Shown here one piece after another: positions 1 to 13,225 of a stretch of DNA of 64,000 nt. The first letter of the stretch is position 1; every line of letters begins with the position of its first letter. The DNA comes from Podarcis erhardii (taxonomy: Eukaryota): the NCBI GenBank assembly GCA_964252035.1, contig OZ176202.1. One strand, 5' to 3'. Below the pieces are notes generated by a model that did not search any database, was not told the DNA's origin, and saw only the letters and a program-made list of their open reading frames with translations. Both the position numbers and the translations under genes were made by a program.

Positions 1-35
1 ACCCAGATCTGCTTAGATCTGGGTCTAGATCTATA

Positions 36-212
36 GGAAGTGTTGTAACTCAGTGGTAGACAATGTGCTTTGCATACAGAAGTTCCCATGTTCAATCTCT
101 GGCATCTCCAGGTTGGGCTGGGATAGACTCTCTGCTTGAGAGGCAGTCAGTTTAGACAAAATCAAGCTAGATGAATCAGTGGTCTTTGTATAAGAGAGTT
201 TCCTATGTTCCT
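36..212 (+). mobile_element. tRNA(Ala)-derived CORE/MIR-like SINE (Squam3-like), degenerate
   Basis: A-box aactcagtggtag, tgctttgca anticodon-like arm, B-box-like gttcaatct, then catctccaggttgggctggg and a ttcctatgttcc tail. Confidence 0.65.
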
Positions 213-261
213 GTTTAGCAAGGTGGTAGCCTTGTGCCTTGTAGAGGAAGCAGTGCATCCG

Positions 262-572
262 TTAGGTCCAGACGACTCTGGGGTTGCGGCACTCATCTCA
301 CTTTACTGGCCGAGGGAGCCGGTGTACAGCTTCTGGGTCATGTGGCCAGCATGACTAAGCCGCTTCTGGCAAACCAGAGCAGTGCACGGAAACGCCATTT
401 AGCTTCCTGCCTATTTATCTACTTGTACTTTGACGTGCTTTCAAACTGCTAGGTTGGCAGGAGCAGGGACCGAGCAATGGGAGCTCACCCTGTTGCGGGG
501 ATTCGAACTGCCAACCTTTTGATCGGTGAGCCCTAGGCTCTGTGGTTTAGACCACAGCCCCAACCACGTCCC
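262..572 (+). mobile_element. Sauria SINE copy (5'-truncated, internal deletion)
   Basis: gactctggggttgcggcactcatctc...catgtggccagcatgactaagccgc...ggggattcgaactgcc...accacagc. Nearly the same sequence recurs at 33505 and 54866. Confidence 0.9.
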
Positions 573-1632
573 ATCTGCTTGTGCAGCAGGGCTTCCTTAT
601 TTCCTGACTCCCACAGCCCCCCATGTGACTCCAAAGTTGGGAGAAAAGAGAAACAGAAATCCCCATTGCATAAGTAGTTTTTCATTGTGTAGGTGAGAAG
701 CCATCATTGGATGTCACCCAAGTCTTTGACTAAGCTGTTACTTTTGTGATAATGTTTGCTCCAAAATAATACTCTTCCACCTCTGCCTCTTTCCCATCTC
801 TGTTTAATGCCAGAAAATCACTACCACTTTTTTGGGAGGCAGTGGGGTAATCACAGCTTTCTACGACCCTTCCCTGAAACGAGAATGTGGAAATTTTAAT
901 CTAGGGTTTTCGGGGTTTTTGCAACGTCAGATAAATTGCAGCAAAAGCTTTGTTCTCAAAAGAAAGGAAAAGGGCGGAGTTAGCCTTTTTAAAAAGAATG
1001 CCCAGGAATTCTGAGGACCTTGAATGAACTTAGTTTTTGAAGACAAAAGGCATTTCAGCAGTTTAAGTTCTTTGAAAGGTATGAAGGAGAAAATTCTTCA
1101 CAGCTATGGTTTCCAACTTTCTCTACACATGAATTAGTCAGCTCAGGAGAGTCATTGTTTTCCATAAACACCTCGATTATACAACACTTTTAGAGGGAAC
1201 TCTCAGTATGTGTGGGTGTCATCCTACTCTTGCCTCAGGCATGCCAAGAGAGTGGCCTAGAATCATTTCAATCTTTCCTTTCCATCTGTATGCCATGTCA
1301 GGAGATGGTATCCGTGCTGGAGAAGTGGCCTTCCAAGGAAACTTATTTGTCCTCACTGATAATTTTGTGCTGGGACCTCCAACAAGCTTTTGGGGAAACC
1401 TCTATTTCCTAGCAGTCGTTTTGATCTGTCTTTACCAGATCCATATTCCAAAACGATCATTTGTACTTCTGCAGGGTAGACAGAGTTTCCTGTCCAGAGT
1501 AGGCAGGGCTGTGGTAAAATAGTAATTTTAGATGCAACAGCACCCTTAAACAATACATATATATTACAGAAAGACAAGACATGTTACAGTGATTAAACTT
1601 GTAGTTGTTTTGTAGATACTTGCTTTGTTATA

Positions 1633-1874
1633 CAGTGGTACCCCGGGTTACATATGCTTCAGGTTACATACGCTTCAGGTTACAGACTCCACTAACCCAG
1701 AAATATTACCTTGGGTTAAGAAGTTTGCTTCATGATGAGAACAGAAATCGTGCAGTGGCGGCGCGGCAGCAGCAGGAGACCCCATTAGCTAAAGTGGTGC
1801 TTCAGGTTAAGAACAGTTTCAGGTTAAGAACGGATCTCCGGAATGAATTAAGTTCTTAACCTGAGGTACCACTG
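1633..1874. mobile_element. Tc1/mariner (Tigger-like) MITE, 242 bp
   Basis: TIR CAGTGGTACC...GGTACCACTG with TA on both sides. Near-identical copy at 18037-18278. Confidence 0.9.
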
Positions 1875-2860
1875 TATTTGGTTCTCTTTCAGTATGCAAT
1901 ACTGGTGGCAAGTGGGCATTCTTAATCTTATTGCATCAAAGGTTGTTAAGGTACCACCATAGCATGTGGCAGTAAATTCATTCAGGAGGAGCAACCGACG
2001 GGGGGAGGGGGGAGGCAGCCCGCCCTGCTTACTAATGTGCAGGCAGGTAGATGGGTGAGCAGGCAATTTGAGCTGGCAACACATCACAGCTCCATGGCCT
2101 CCGCCAGCACAGTGCAGGCAGGCAGGAGTGAATTGCACTGTGCTGGTGGCAACCATGGAGCCGTGATGTACTGTCAGCTCAAAAAGTCTGAAACCGGTAT
2201 CGCCACCTGAACTTCATACCAGTTTCAGACAATGAGTTGAAATATTGTTCAGCTCTAATGATGATGATGACAAATTTAAACAGTACCTATTGTAGAGGTA
2301 GGTGATGGGTAAGATATCTTATATGAAGCAAAGGTTGGCAGTAGAGACCAGAAGGTGGAGGCCTAAATGCACCTGGTGGAAAAGTCCAAATGCAAATAAC
2401 TGTGATTTGGACTAACGCTAGGGTACAAAGACAGTGAGACAGGAAGAAGGAGTGACATGCCGCTAATGACTTGTCCCGAGAAAGAGAAGATAAAGAGAAA
2501 TGGTCTCCTGCAGGTCACTGTGACCTGCACTTGACATTTGCAGCTGTTTTCTGAGTTTCTGACAGTGATTCCAAAAGTGGGTAGCATATCTTTTCAGTAT
2601 GCAGAAACAGTTAATTACCTCTGCCTTCTGAAAGGTTACCTGATAGGCTCAGGCTTAGGTGAGGAAGGCAGCCCTCGAACCAAGTCAGACACTTGCCCTG
2701 GAACTCAAAAGACCCAAGGGCCCTGGAACCTTATAAAGTTCCAAATATAGAAAACAACTGGCTTATTCTTCCTACAAGGGTCCTCACTAATCTGAAGAAA
2801 ACACTATAATTGAGAAACAATAAGAGGTGAAAAAGAGGCAGAAGTAAGGTATTTTAACTA

Positions 2861-4137
2861 CCGTATTTTTCGCTCTATAACACGTACCTGACCATAACAC
2901 GCACGTAGTTTTTAGAGGAGGAAAACAAGACAAAAATATTCTAAACGAAACAGTGGATGTATGATTTTTGTGGTTCATGCTGTGGCCACAGACGTGATCT
3001 GACGGTGAGTTTGGGGTAGCCCAATGCAAAAATCCTGAGGATCCATGTGGATTCATGTTTTTGTAACCACGTTTTTGCGCCATTGCAGCCCCATGAAACA
3101 GTGGGTGCGAGTGTGTTTTTTGGTGCAGGCTGTAGCCATGGATATGCTATGTGATCTGATGGTGAACTTGGGGTGACCCAGTGCAAAAATCCTGAGGATC
3201 CATGTGGATCCATGCTTTGTAACCACGTTTTAAGTGGGGAGGGAAGGAAAAGCATTCAAGGGACAAGGAGCACGTGTGGGGTGTGTGGAGAAGGATGCTG
3301 CTAATAATGCAGGAGAGGGGTTTAAGGGAAGAAGGAACACGCGTGGGGTGTGTGGAGAAGGATGCTGCTAATAATGCAGGCGAGGGGTCTATGGGGAGAA
3401 GGAACACGCGTGGGGTGTGTGGAGAAGGATGCTGCTAATGATGCAGGAGAGGGGTTTAAGGGGAGAAGGAGCTCGCGTGGGGTGTGTGGAAAAGGAGCTT
3501 TTCCGAGAACTGAGCGGGGAGGGGGGAGGGAAAGAGCACTGTTGCTTTAAAGGAGCCAACCGGACAGCAGCCACTTACAGCAGTGTAAGCAGCTCCTTTC
3601 CTCTCCCGCTTTGCTCCTTCTCTCCCTCTTTGCTGCTTTACGCAGCTAATGGTGAATCCCCTGCAACCCAAGTCCTGCTCAGCGGATCAGCTGGAAGAAT
3701 CCCGTGCCCTCCTGTCCCCAACAGCCTTTTAAAAAACTTTTTTACTTGTTTTCACTGCGTTCGTGGCTCAGAGCCCTCCTGTGCCCTGCCATCCCTCTGC
3801 AGCCTCATTGCTCCGTTTAGAGAGCGCATGGACCTTTGCTAGCTGGCTACGCAGCGCTTTTTCCGGCTCGCTATGGCTCTTGTCTGTCCCTCCTCCCGTG
3901 TAAGCGGCTGCTGCCTGCTTTGCTGCCATGGCTCTCCTTCCCTCTCTCCTCCTGGCTGTAAAGCAAGCAAAGCTAGAGCCACGCAAAGCGGGACAGAAGC
4001 CCTGCAAGCGGCTCCCGCTTTGCTTGACTGACGGCAGCCATGGCTCCGGTCGAGTGCATTCACTCCATAACACGCACAGGCATTTTCCCTTACTTTCTAG
4101 GAGCAAAAAAGTGTGTGTTTTGGAGCGAAAATTACAG
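2861..4137. mobile_element. Tc2-like (TcMar) non-autonomous DNA transposon, ~1.28 kb
   Basis: Termini CCGTATTTTTCGCTC / GAGCGAAAATTACAG with TA on both sides. Contains internal repeats. Confidence 0.75.
3271..3495. repeat. 67-bp G-rich minisatellite, ~3.3 copies
   Basis: Unit starts at 3271, 3338, 3405 and 3472 (cacgcgtggggtgtgtggagaaggatgctgctaataatgcagg...). Confidence 0.9.
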
Positions 4138-5546
4138 TATTCTGAAATACTGTACAGCTGCTACTTTGAATAGGATGCTGCTTAAACCAGTGTTGCTTTC
4201 ACCAGTTCCCGGCCATGACACGGTACTCATCTGTCAGAGCAAAATTAAAAACATGCTGAACCAAGCTTCTCCGTAGCACCACCAAACTCACTTGGGCCTC
4301 CATATTGTATTCAAAATCCAAAAGAATGGCCAAAGCCTTGCATCTCTGTTTCACAATATTACTGTTTCTTTCATTACATTTTCTGCCAAGTCACCAGGAG
4401 CGGGATAAAATGGTTGGAGGACTTATTTTTGGTTTGTTGGCTGTCATTGGTCTAGATTATATAGACTGATATGTGTTTGTAAAAGGACTGCTTTTATTAC
4501 ATCTACTCATGATAAAATTTCAGGGCTGAGAGATACTCCCAAGTTATGTCTTAAAAAACAAAAGTATGAATAGCAATATATGCAGCCATCTTTCCTAGGT
4601 CCAGTCATTGTGCTAGTTAAAGAGGATTGTTATATGTAGATACTTTGCATCTATTTTTGACCATGAATCCTGGGAAAATTCCATTTTGAAATTAGAAGCA
4701 GCTCTAAATATGTAATGGAGATTTTGATCCTGCCACAATATACCTGATCAGGAGGGTCTTTTGGTTTATTTAGTTTGAATTAAAGAGTTATAAAAAGCTG
4801 TTTTTAAATGTACACTGACCTTTTTTATATTCTCTTGTAGTATTTGTTTGCACCCATACTCTGCTGGATGCTTCTGCAAGCATGAGAGGCTCTATAGGTC
4901 CCTTTTCATTTCTACCTGCCTTGTGTGGAATGTGAACAGCACCTGTTCTCCTTTAGGCTAGGAATGACTGATTGGCATTTGAGACCCCATCTACGCTGTG
5001 AAAGATCAGAGAAATGTCTTTCTCTTGTAATGGGCTTTGGTAAAGTGACTCTTTCATTCCTTACTGCTATTTATACTTTTGGCAAGGACACATACTATCC
5101 CCTCCCCGATTCATCTTTTTTTCTCCCTTAAGGATTGGAACTGAGAAAACAGTACACTCTCAATAAGTAGTAAAGCTATTTATTATTTTATTATTTCCAT
5201 ATAACAAGTTTTCTAGCTCTTTTACAAGAGCAAGTTTAATATGGGCCTGGGCTGCTTTTGTAATTACTAATTTTCTGCTTTTGCTATATTACAACATATT
5301 TTTAAAATGTATGTGGCATTCAGGAATGTTCAGTTCTTGATCATACTCCCCCCCAACCACACACAAAGAGGAATGTCCTGTGGACAAGGATAAAGGATTG
5401 TCTGTGGTCCAATGTTCTTTCAATACTGAAGTCTTTGCAGTTGCTGGCACCTTCCTGTAGTTCAGACAACTGGCAAAGTCAAAGTTGAACTTACACTCTC
5501 TTTTACATCCACCTGTTCTCTGTCTGCTTCCCAAAAGGGCAAAAAC

Positions 5547-6260
5547 CTCGACTTCTCAGTAGCTTTTGATACCATCAACCATGGTATCCTTCTGGAGCAG
5601 CTGCCTGAGTTAGGGTAGGTGGCAGTGCTTTGCAGTGGTTTCAGTGCTACTTAGATGGTCATCTTCAGAAGGTGATGCTTGGAGAGTGCTCTTCAGCCCT
5701 GTGGAGCTGTCAGTGTGGGTTTACTCACAGTTTAATCCGCTCCCTGCTGTTTAACATGAGAATGAAACTGCTGAATGGGGGCCAACCAGAGTTTTGGAGT
5801 ACACACAGTTCTGCTTCTCCTTTACACTTGCAGTTGTGGCAGTGGTTGTGCTGGAACATGGTCTTGCTTCGGTAACTGATTGGATGAGAGCCAGTAAACT
5901 GAACCTCAATCCAGATAAGAATGAGGTTGTTCTCTAGAATAGATGGATGGGAGGTGGACTACTCTTGATGGCGTTACACTCCCTCTGAAGGAGTGGGTCG
6001 GCAGCTTGGGGTACTTCTGGGTCCATTGCTGTCACTTGAGGCTCAGGTGGTCTTCCATCAACTTCAGCTGGTCAGCCAGCTGCACCCCTTTCTGGACAGT
6101 GATAGCCTAATTTCTGTTGTCTATGCTCTGGTAACCTCTAGGTTAGATTACTGCAATGCATTATACATGGGACTGCCTCTGAATATGGTTCAGAAACTTC
6201 AGCTGGTGCAGTATTCAGTGGCCAGATTGCTCACTGGAGCAAGATGGTTTGAGCGGACAA
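5547..6260 (+). mobile_element. Old degenerate L2 RT fragment
   Basis: Translates to LDFSVAFDTINHGILL at the start and SRLDYCNALYMGLP..QKLQLVQ near the end, with frameshifts and stops between. Confidence 0.8.
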
Positions 6261-7060
6261 CACTGATACACAGAGAGAGAGAGAGAGTATATAAAAACAT
6301 ACAGATAATTACAATAAAAACAGCACAGCACCAGCCCTTTCAAAGCTACTAAAAGCCCATTAAAATCAGTAAGTTCCCAAAAGCCTATTGTAATAAGAAA
6401 GTTGTAGTCGATAACATCTGGAAAGTGCCACATTGGCTACATCTTAGGTATCTAGTTCCTAACAGTGAACAGGAAAAAAAATCATATTTTTCAAGGATCT
6501 GTGCAGCCTTTATATTTCAACCTATAGCCCTAGGGCAACTGACTGTGGAGTCTCTTGTGTCTTACTAGATCTGGAGGATTGTCACTCTGGTGCTGTCTAA
6601 ATTCCTGACAGGTACTTGCTTTCACATTAGGATTTATAGAGTGAACAGTCTCTTATTGGAGGAAGCAATTGCTTTAAAGTCTGAAAGTAAAGCTGTAAAT
6701 TCTAGATCTGTCTCTAAATCTGTTTCTAAATCCATAATTCTAGACCTCTGTCTCCAAATGTATAACATAGTTGTTGTTTCCAGATCTCAGCTGTACATCA
6801 GCTTGCTAGATTTCTGCATTGCTTTGGTTTCTTCTCAAACAACCTATTCCTTTCAGGACAAAATGGATTTGTTCAAGGTATCTCATTGAATGTGCTACAT
6901 TTTTGTTAATATTCACAGCATTATTCGGTTGCTAGAGAAAAAAGTGGGCCAACCAAAAGGACTAAGCAAGCACGTTCTGATATGTTTACAGTTATAGGCA
7001 TTCTGTGTTTAGATATTTTGAGGATTATGCTGAGATACCACAATAAACATAGCTAGAACA

Positions 7061-7063
<3 letters not shown>

Positions 7064-7128
<65 letters not shown>
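7064..7128. repeat. Compound (CT)n(CA)n microsatellite
   Basis: Direct observation. Confidence 0.97.
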
Positions 7129-7130
<2 letters not shown>

Positions 7131-8356
7131 ATATGTTAATACAATAAACAGCTTTGCTTGTTAATTTGAGGACTGCAAGAGGAGGTGAAAGATTATTGTC
7201 AATGAGGATTTACTAGATTATAAATTGGACAACCAGATTCCTTTATCAAGTGTTTTGGGCTGAGTGTGTTGGAGCCAAAATGGGGCCACGGAGAAACAAT
7301 GCTTGGGAAAACCTCAGTGTTTGCAGAACTAATCTTAAACTAAGGAGAGGGAGAGAAAACCAGCACATAGAGAATGGAGTATTCTTGGTAGCCATGAACT
7401 GTTGAGTCTCGGTTGGAAAAGGAAATAGGAAAAACTGGAGGGATATACAGTAGTGCTCTGTTCAGTTACTTTCAGCTTAAAATATGCTGGAGCATTCTTT
7501 ATAGTGGGTCAGGTTATACTCCACCATTTTGTTGTGGCTCCCACTTCCCTCATCTGAATTTTGTTTACTGTTTGCAGAAATGCCTTTGTAGACTAAACTT
7601 TGAAAAAACTTGTTTGTAATTTTATTTCCTCAGGTTATATCCGACATAATATGTGTACATCATTCCTTGCTTTTTCAATGTAACTTTGTTTAAAACTAGC
7701 AGATAATAGTAACAACAACAACAACAATTGCTACAGTTATTTACAAATCCTCTCAAAATATAGGTGCTGTTAAACTCACATGAATGTCAGGCTTAGTTTA
7801 CATCTTTATGATCTAATGAATGCAAGTAAATTAACAGAGGATGTAAATGTCATATCATAATTCTACTTGATATACAAAAGCTGAGATCCAAAGAACTGTA
7901 CAGCTAGTTCTGGATGAGCAAAATGAAATTGGGGCTTGTGTTCGTCCCTAAACTACATAGTGAGAATCCCACCTTTGGAAATGAAGGGGTATCAAAATCA
8001 TTGTTTTGAAAATTGTAGAGGGTCTGTTCAAAGAAAAAAAGGTAAGAATCATCCCACTTGTCATGCATAAATGCCAGCCATAAGAAATCGCTACTTTGTT
8101 ATGTCAGATCAGAGAGTAAGACAGAGAACATTCATGATGGAGACGAAGAGTTGACTTTGCAAGTTCATTGTGTGAAACCTATTAATGTCTGCTTAAGTCG
8201 CAGTACTGTTTCCATTTACCTTTGAGTAAGCCCCATTTGAACTCCATGGGACTCTACCTTTGAGTAGATATATAGGAGTGAACTGGTTTTTGGTTTAATG
8301 GGATTTTGCCCTTCCTTTCCTCATAGATTTATAGGGAGGTTTATAGTTTAAAGTTA

Positions 8357-9012
8357 CCATATTTTTCGCTCCATAAGACGCACTTTTTCCCTCCTAAAAA
8401 GTAAGGGGAAATGTGTGTGCATCTTATGGAGCGAATGCAGGGGGGAGGCAGGCAGGAAAAGCCCCCAAGAGCTGCACACAAGCTCCGTGTGGCTCCTGAG
8501 GGCTTTTCCCCAGGAGGGAGAAGGGACTGACGCGGCCAGTCAGTCCCTTCTCCCTCCTTGTAGAAAAGCCCTCAGGAGCCACACACTCCTTAAAGGGTGT
8601 GCTCCTTAAAGGGTGTGCGGCTCCTGTGGGCTTTTGCGGGAGGTGGGGGTATTGCCATAGTCGCGCACAGCCCCTCCAGCCAGGAGAGGCTGTACGCGGC
8701 TATGGCTTCTTTAGCCGCACACAGCCTCTCCCAGCTGGAGAAGTTGCGCGCCGCTAAAGAGCAAGCCAAGACAGCGAGCGGGATGGATCCCGCTCGCTGT
8801 CTTGGCTTCTTTGCTCTTTAGGGCTGGGGAGGGGGGAACCTGGGCTTCCCCCGGCAGCCCCAGAAGCTCTGGGAGAAGTGGACAGGCTGCACACAGCCTG
8901 TCTGTTGCTCTTTGGGGCTGGGGGGGGGGATAAGATTTTTTTTCTTGATTCCCCCCTCTAAAAACTAGGTGCGCCTTATGATCCGATGTGCCTTATGGAA
9001 CGAAAAATACGG
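8357..9012. mobile_element. Tc2-like MITE, 656 bp, interior rich in hairpins
   Basis: Termini ccatatttttcgctccataag / cttatggaacgaaaaatacgg with TA on both sides. Confidence 0.85.
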
Positions 9013-10414
9013 TAAAAAGATCAAACCTGATATAACCACATAAAAAAGGTAAATTCCATGGAGCTCAAATGGAATTTTCTACCAGATAAGCAGCCTAAAT
9101 CACAACAGAGTTAAGTCTGCACAAGGCAATCTGATAGAAGCAGGTTTTATACTTGCACCAGATTTCATAAACATCCTTTGGGAGATTTTCAGGATTGTAG
9201 ATTGGAGGGTATCTAAGGATTTAGGAAGTTGTCTGGGAAATAGTGGCAACTGCTTCCTAAATCTTTAATCCTTACCCCATCTGTATCCTTCTGTTCGACA
9301 TTGTTCATTTTTGTTTTCAGGTCAACAAGGCCTGATTATTAAACAGAATCCATTGACACTATTATACAATTTTCTACAATAAAAAGAAAAGACAAAAGAA
9401 TCCATGATTAGTTTAGGTAAAACAATAAATTAATCCATTTACAATGTGAACCATATGATCACTATATCTCTGGTAATGTAACATTTAAATATTTTAGGAT
9501 CCTCTGTATAATTCCCAGCACCATCTTGAACCTTAACTTCAGTACTTCATTGAAAATGAGTTTTAACTATTTTTGTAAAGTGGGTATCACCTGCTTTGCT
9601 CATTAATAGTCATTAATTTGGTCATATATGCTATATCTCTAACTCCTAATAGTAAATCACTGTGAATCTATGGGAAACAGAAGGGCAAAATCCAAAGACT
9701 GAGGGGGCAGGACTTGGCATCTGGCCCTCCATAAACACCACTCAGACTTGTGCCCTGGGGAGGTCACTTTGGTGCTGCTAACATTGCGGGTTGACTTCAT
9801 CCCTAGAGGTGCACTCCATTGTCTCTTGAGATAGATGGATGCCAACAATAATGTCTACCCCAGATTACCATGCTTCATCCTCTTCCAGTGCAAAGTGAGA
9901 AATGCTGGGAAGGCACCAGCAAATATAAAAGGGCACCTTATTGACTTACATTTGGTAGAAATTGCTTAGCAGTCTCTGAGAGCTTGGCATAGGATACCCT
10001 CACGGATCCACGAGGCTGACAGGTGAAGCCACTGTTGGGCAACATGTTACCATCCTCATTTTCTGCATATTTCTACATGTTATAGAAAGATTAATATGTC
10101 GTTTTATTTTTATGTAGAACACTTAAGGATCTAGATAGACTGTTTAATAAACCTTGAGATTTTATGTAGTGTGATGTGTGTTATTTAAAATACTCTTTAA
10201 AACATACATTATAGAATGGGCCATTTCTGTTGGTTTAGAGGTGTATTGTTCTCTGTGTTTAACACTAAAGTTGTAGGTTTCATCTAAACACTTTATAAGA
10301 AAAGTTGTAGATATATTAAGCATTTAGTTGCAGTGTTTCTGTTGGCTGCCCAAAACATAGTTCTCTGTGTGTAAATATAAAATGATAAAAAATTATGCAA
10401 GTGTTTGCGCGCGT

Positions 10415-10439
10415 ACACACACACACACACACACACACA
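10415..10439. repeat. (CA)n microsatellite
   Basis: Direct observation. Confidence 0.95.
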
Positions 10440-10489
10440 GTTAAATAGAGAATTGTCAGTCTAAGGATTATGTACTCATAATTAGCAGT

Positions 10490-10712
10490 AAAGGTAAAGG
10501 AACCCTGGATGGTTAAGTCCACTCAAAATCAACTATGGGGTGTGGTGCTCATCTCCACTTTCAGACTGAGGTACTGGAGTTTGTCCACAGACAGCTTTCC
10601 GGGTCATGTGGCCAGCATGACTAAACCGCTTCTGGTGCAATGGGATACCATCATGGAAGTCAGAGCTCAGAGAAACACCGTTTACCTTCCTGCTGTAGTG
10701 GTACCTATTGAG
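10490..10712 (+). mobile_element. Sauria SINE 5' half, diverged
   Basis: aaaggtaaagg head, gggtcatgtggccagcatgact and tttaccttcc...ggtacctatt. Confidence 0.8.
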
Positions 10713-12181
10713 CTCACTGCAGCTTTCTGAGTAAACACTTCAAAATGGTTTTCACAGAGTATACTGGTGGTTTGAAGGATGCAGGTAAATTCTGCTAATA
10801 TCTTGTGTTCGGGAGATAGCAACTCTAGACTATTATTGGTCTGCTCTAATTGAAAATTGTATATGTGACCTTTTGTGTTTAGAAGAGAGAGAGTTGTGAC
10901 CTGCCACTGACCCTTTGTAAAGCCTTTCATTTTATTAGGCTTAGAATCCTGCCTTTCTTTTTCTGATGTGATTGTGAACCACTCAGATAAGTAATGGCAA
11001 AGAAAAGAAGCAAGTAGTTTTACTTTCCATCTGAGTTTCAGTTCATCAAGCCTGGAGGAACGCAGTGTATTCTCAGTGGTCCATCTGGCACTGCTGCCAT
11101 ACAGCTCCTGTCTTTTCAAAGCAGAGTGCTGCATAGAGACTATTTTAGACATAATATATGATTATGTCTTGGAACTGTTAGTCATGCAGCTAACCAAGGT
11201 GAGATGTAACTCCAAAGTTCAGTTGTAAGTGGTACAATGTAGCCGTTGTTGTGCAGCTCTAAAACTACCCTCAGTGCTATTGAACCCAATATATATGTGA
11301 ATGTTCAGAAAATGTCAGTAATATTTAATTTCCAAATCAAGTGTGCAACTGAACAAAAAATTATTTTTGGAATAACTTTGAAATACGTTCCATAGAAAAA
11401 GATGATGCCGTTTTAATGATGACCTAATTTCGCCATGGTCAGTTTTTGCTTTTGTGTAGAAATGTTTTTCCAGTAGTTCAGTTTACACAGGGAACACCCT
11501 TATTTGCTTCAGAACAACTAACATTTACTCACATGACTCTGAGAATTGAATACTGTAACTCCCTTTTGGCCAGTTTTTCCATTACTGGTGAGTCATTTAA
11601 GAGTGCATCAGTATGTTTGCTAACTGGGACTGAGCCAAGCCAACCTTCAGTGAATATATTATACATGTGCATTTTTCTGAAATTGTTAAGAAAAGCCCTG
11701 CTGAATCAGTGGCTACTAGTAATGATGCCTCTATTGCCCCAAGTATCAGAGGCAGTATGTTTCGGAATGCCAGTTGCTGGGGATCATGGTGGAAAAGTCC
11801 TATTGAGATCATGTGTCCTGTTTGTAGGCATCGCATAGACATCTGGTTGGTTACTGTGAGAACAGACTACTGGGCTAAATAGGCCTTTGGTTTGATCTAC
11901 CAGGCCTCTATATATTAAAATGTTTAAAAGCCCAGATCCCAATTATGATCTGGGTTCGACCCGACTTCTTATATCCCTCTATTACGAGAACTATCATTTT
12001 ATTCCTATTCACCTTATTTAGTTACCGATTCATAGAACTTCAACTCTTATCTTATAGCTGCTTATTAACATGACTATTTTATTGTGTATTATAGTTAAGG
12101 AGTATTTTTTAATTATGGTGTATTTTAACAGTGTTGCATAGTTGGTTTTCATATTTTGTAAAGCCGATTTTGGCTTAAGTA

Positions 12182-12631
12182 CTGTATTTTTCGCCCTATA
12201 GGGCGCACCGGCCCATAGGACGCACCTCAGTTTTTTTTGGGGGGGGATGAATAAAAATAATTTATTTCCCCCCCCAGCCCCCAGAACAGGCTGCTGCCCG
12301 CAAGCCTTACGAGCCCGGCGGCAACTCCTGCCGGGCTCGGAAGGCTTGCGGACACCTGCGCGAAGCACGGGGCGCCCTCCGGAGGGTGTCCCGTGCTTCG
12401 GGCTGCAGGCTGCTGCCCTCAAGCCTTGCGAGCCCGTGGGAACTCCCCCCCGGGCTTGCAAGGCTTGCAGATAGCTTCCTGAAGCCTGGAGAGCGAGAGG
12501 GGTCGGTGTGCACCGACCCCTCTCGCTCTCCAGGCTTCAGCGAAAGCCTGCATTCGCCCCATAGGACGCACACACATTTCCCCTTCATTTTTGGAGGGGA
12601 AAAAGTGCGTCCTATAGGGCGAAAAATACGG
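12182..12631. mobile_element. Tc2-like MITE, 450 bp, GC-rich hairpin interior
   Basis: Termini ctgtatttttcgccctatagggcgcac / gtgcgtcctatagggcgaaaaatacgg with TA on both sides. Confidence 0.88.
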
Positions 12632-12756
12632 TAGTATATAAATTAATACATAACAGGGGTCTTCGGTGAGAAAATTGTGTTCATTTCTGCTGCTGAATAT
12701 ACTGTCAGAAATCAGTGCATGGACCACTTTTTTGTCTGTAGCAAGCTAGTGTAGCC

Positions 12757-12757
12757 T

Positions 12758-12797
<40 letters not shown>

Positions 12798-12798
12798 T
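12757..12798. repeat. (TTTC)n microsatellite
   Basis: Direct observation. Confidence 0.95.
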
Positions 12799-13027
12799 GT
12801 ATAGGATTCTCTGTGCTCCTGTTTTTAGATCTGACTCTGTAGAGTAGTGGAGCAAAAGCTTATTTACAATTAATTTGACAGATGCCACCTTGATCTCAAG
12901 CGGCTATTTGGTTCAGATGTAGACTTACCCAGAAGATTAAGAACACATATTTAAAATAAACTGTTACTAGTTTTGCCTATGGCTGACATACAAAAGGAAT
13001 TCCACATGCTGTTTAGTATTGTTTTTA

Positions 13028-13225
13028 CAATGGTACCTTGGTTTTCTAACGTAATCCGTTCCGGAAGACAGTTTGAGTTCCAAAACAGTTGAAAACCGGA
13101 AGCCTCAAGCTGGAAGCTTCAATATGGAAAACTCAAAACAGAAGCCGCATTTCCACTTCGACTTCCGAGGTGCGTTCAAAAACTGAGGCACTTACTTCCG
13201 GGTTTATGGCATTTGAAAACCGAAA
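13028..13225. mobile_element. Tigger-like MITE fragment
   Basis: ta-caatggtaccttggttttc terminus. The interior (cacttacttccgggttt) is shared with 55230-55364, which ends in aaggtacgactg-ta. Confidence 0.55.

Noticed and set aside
1-24. Perfect 10-bp hairpin acccagatct-gctt-agatctgggt
   Set aside because: Short, truncated by the window edge and without supporting context.
3147-4276. Several 60-141 aa ORFs with repeated peptides (MWRRMLL...)
   Set aside because: They are translations of the 67-bp minisatellite and the MITE interior.
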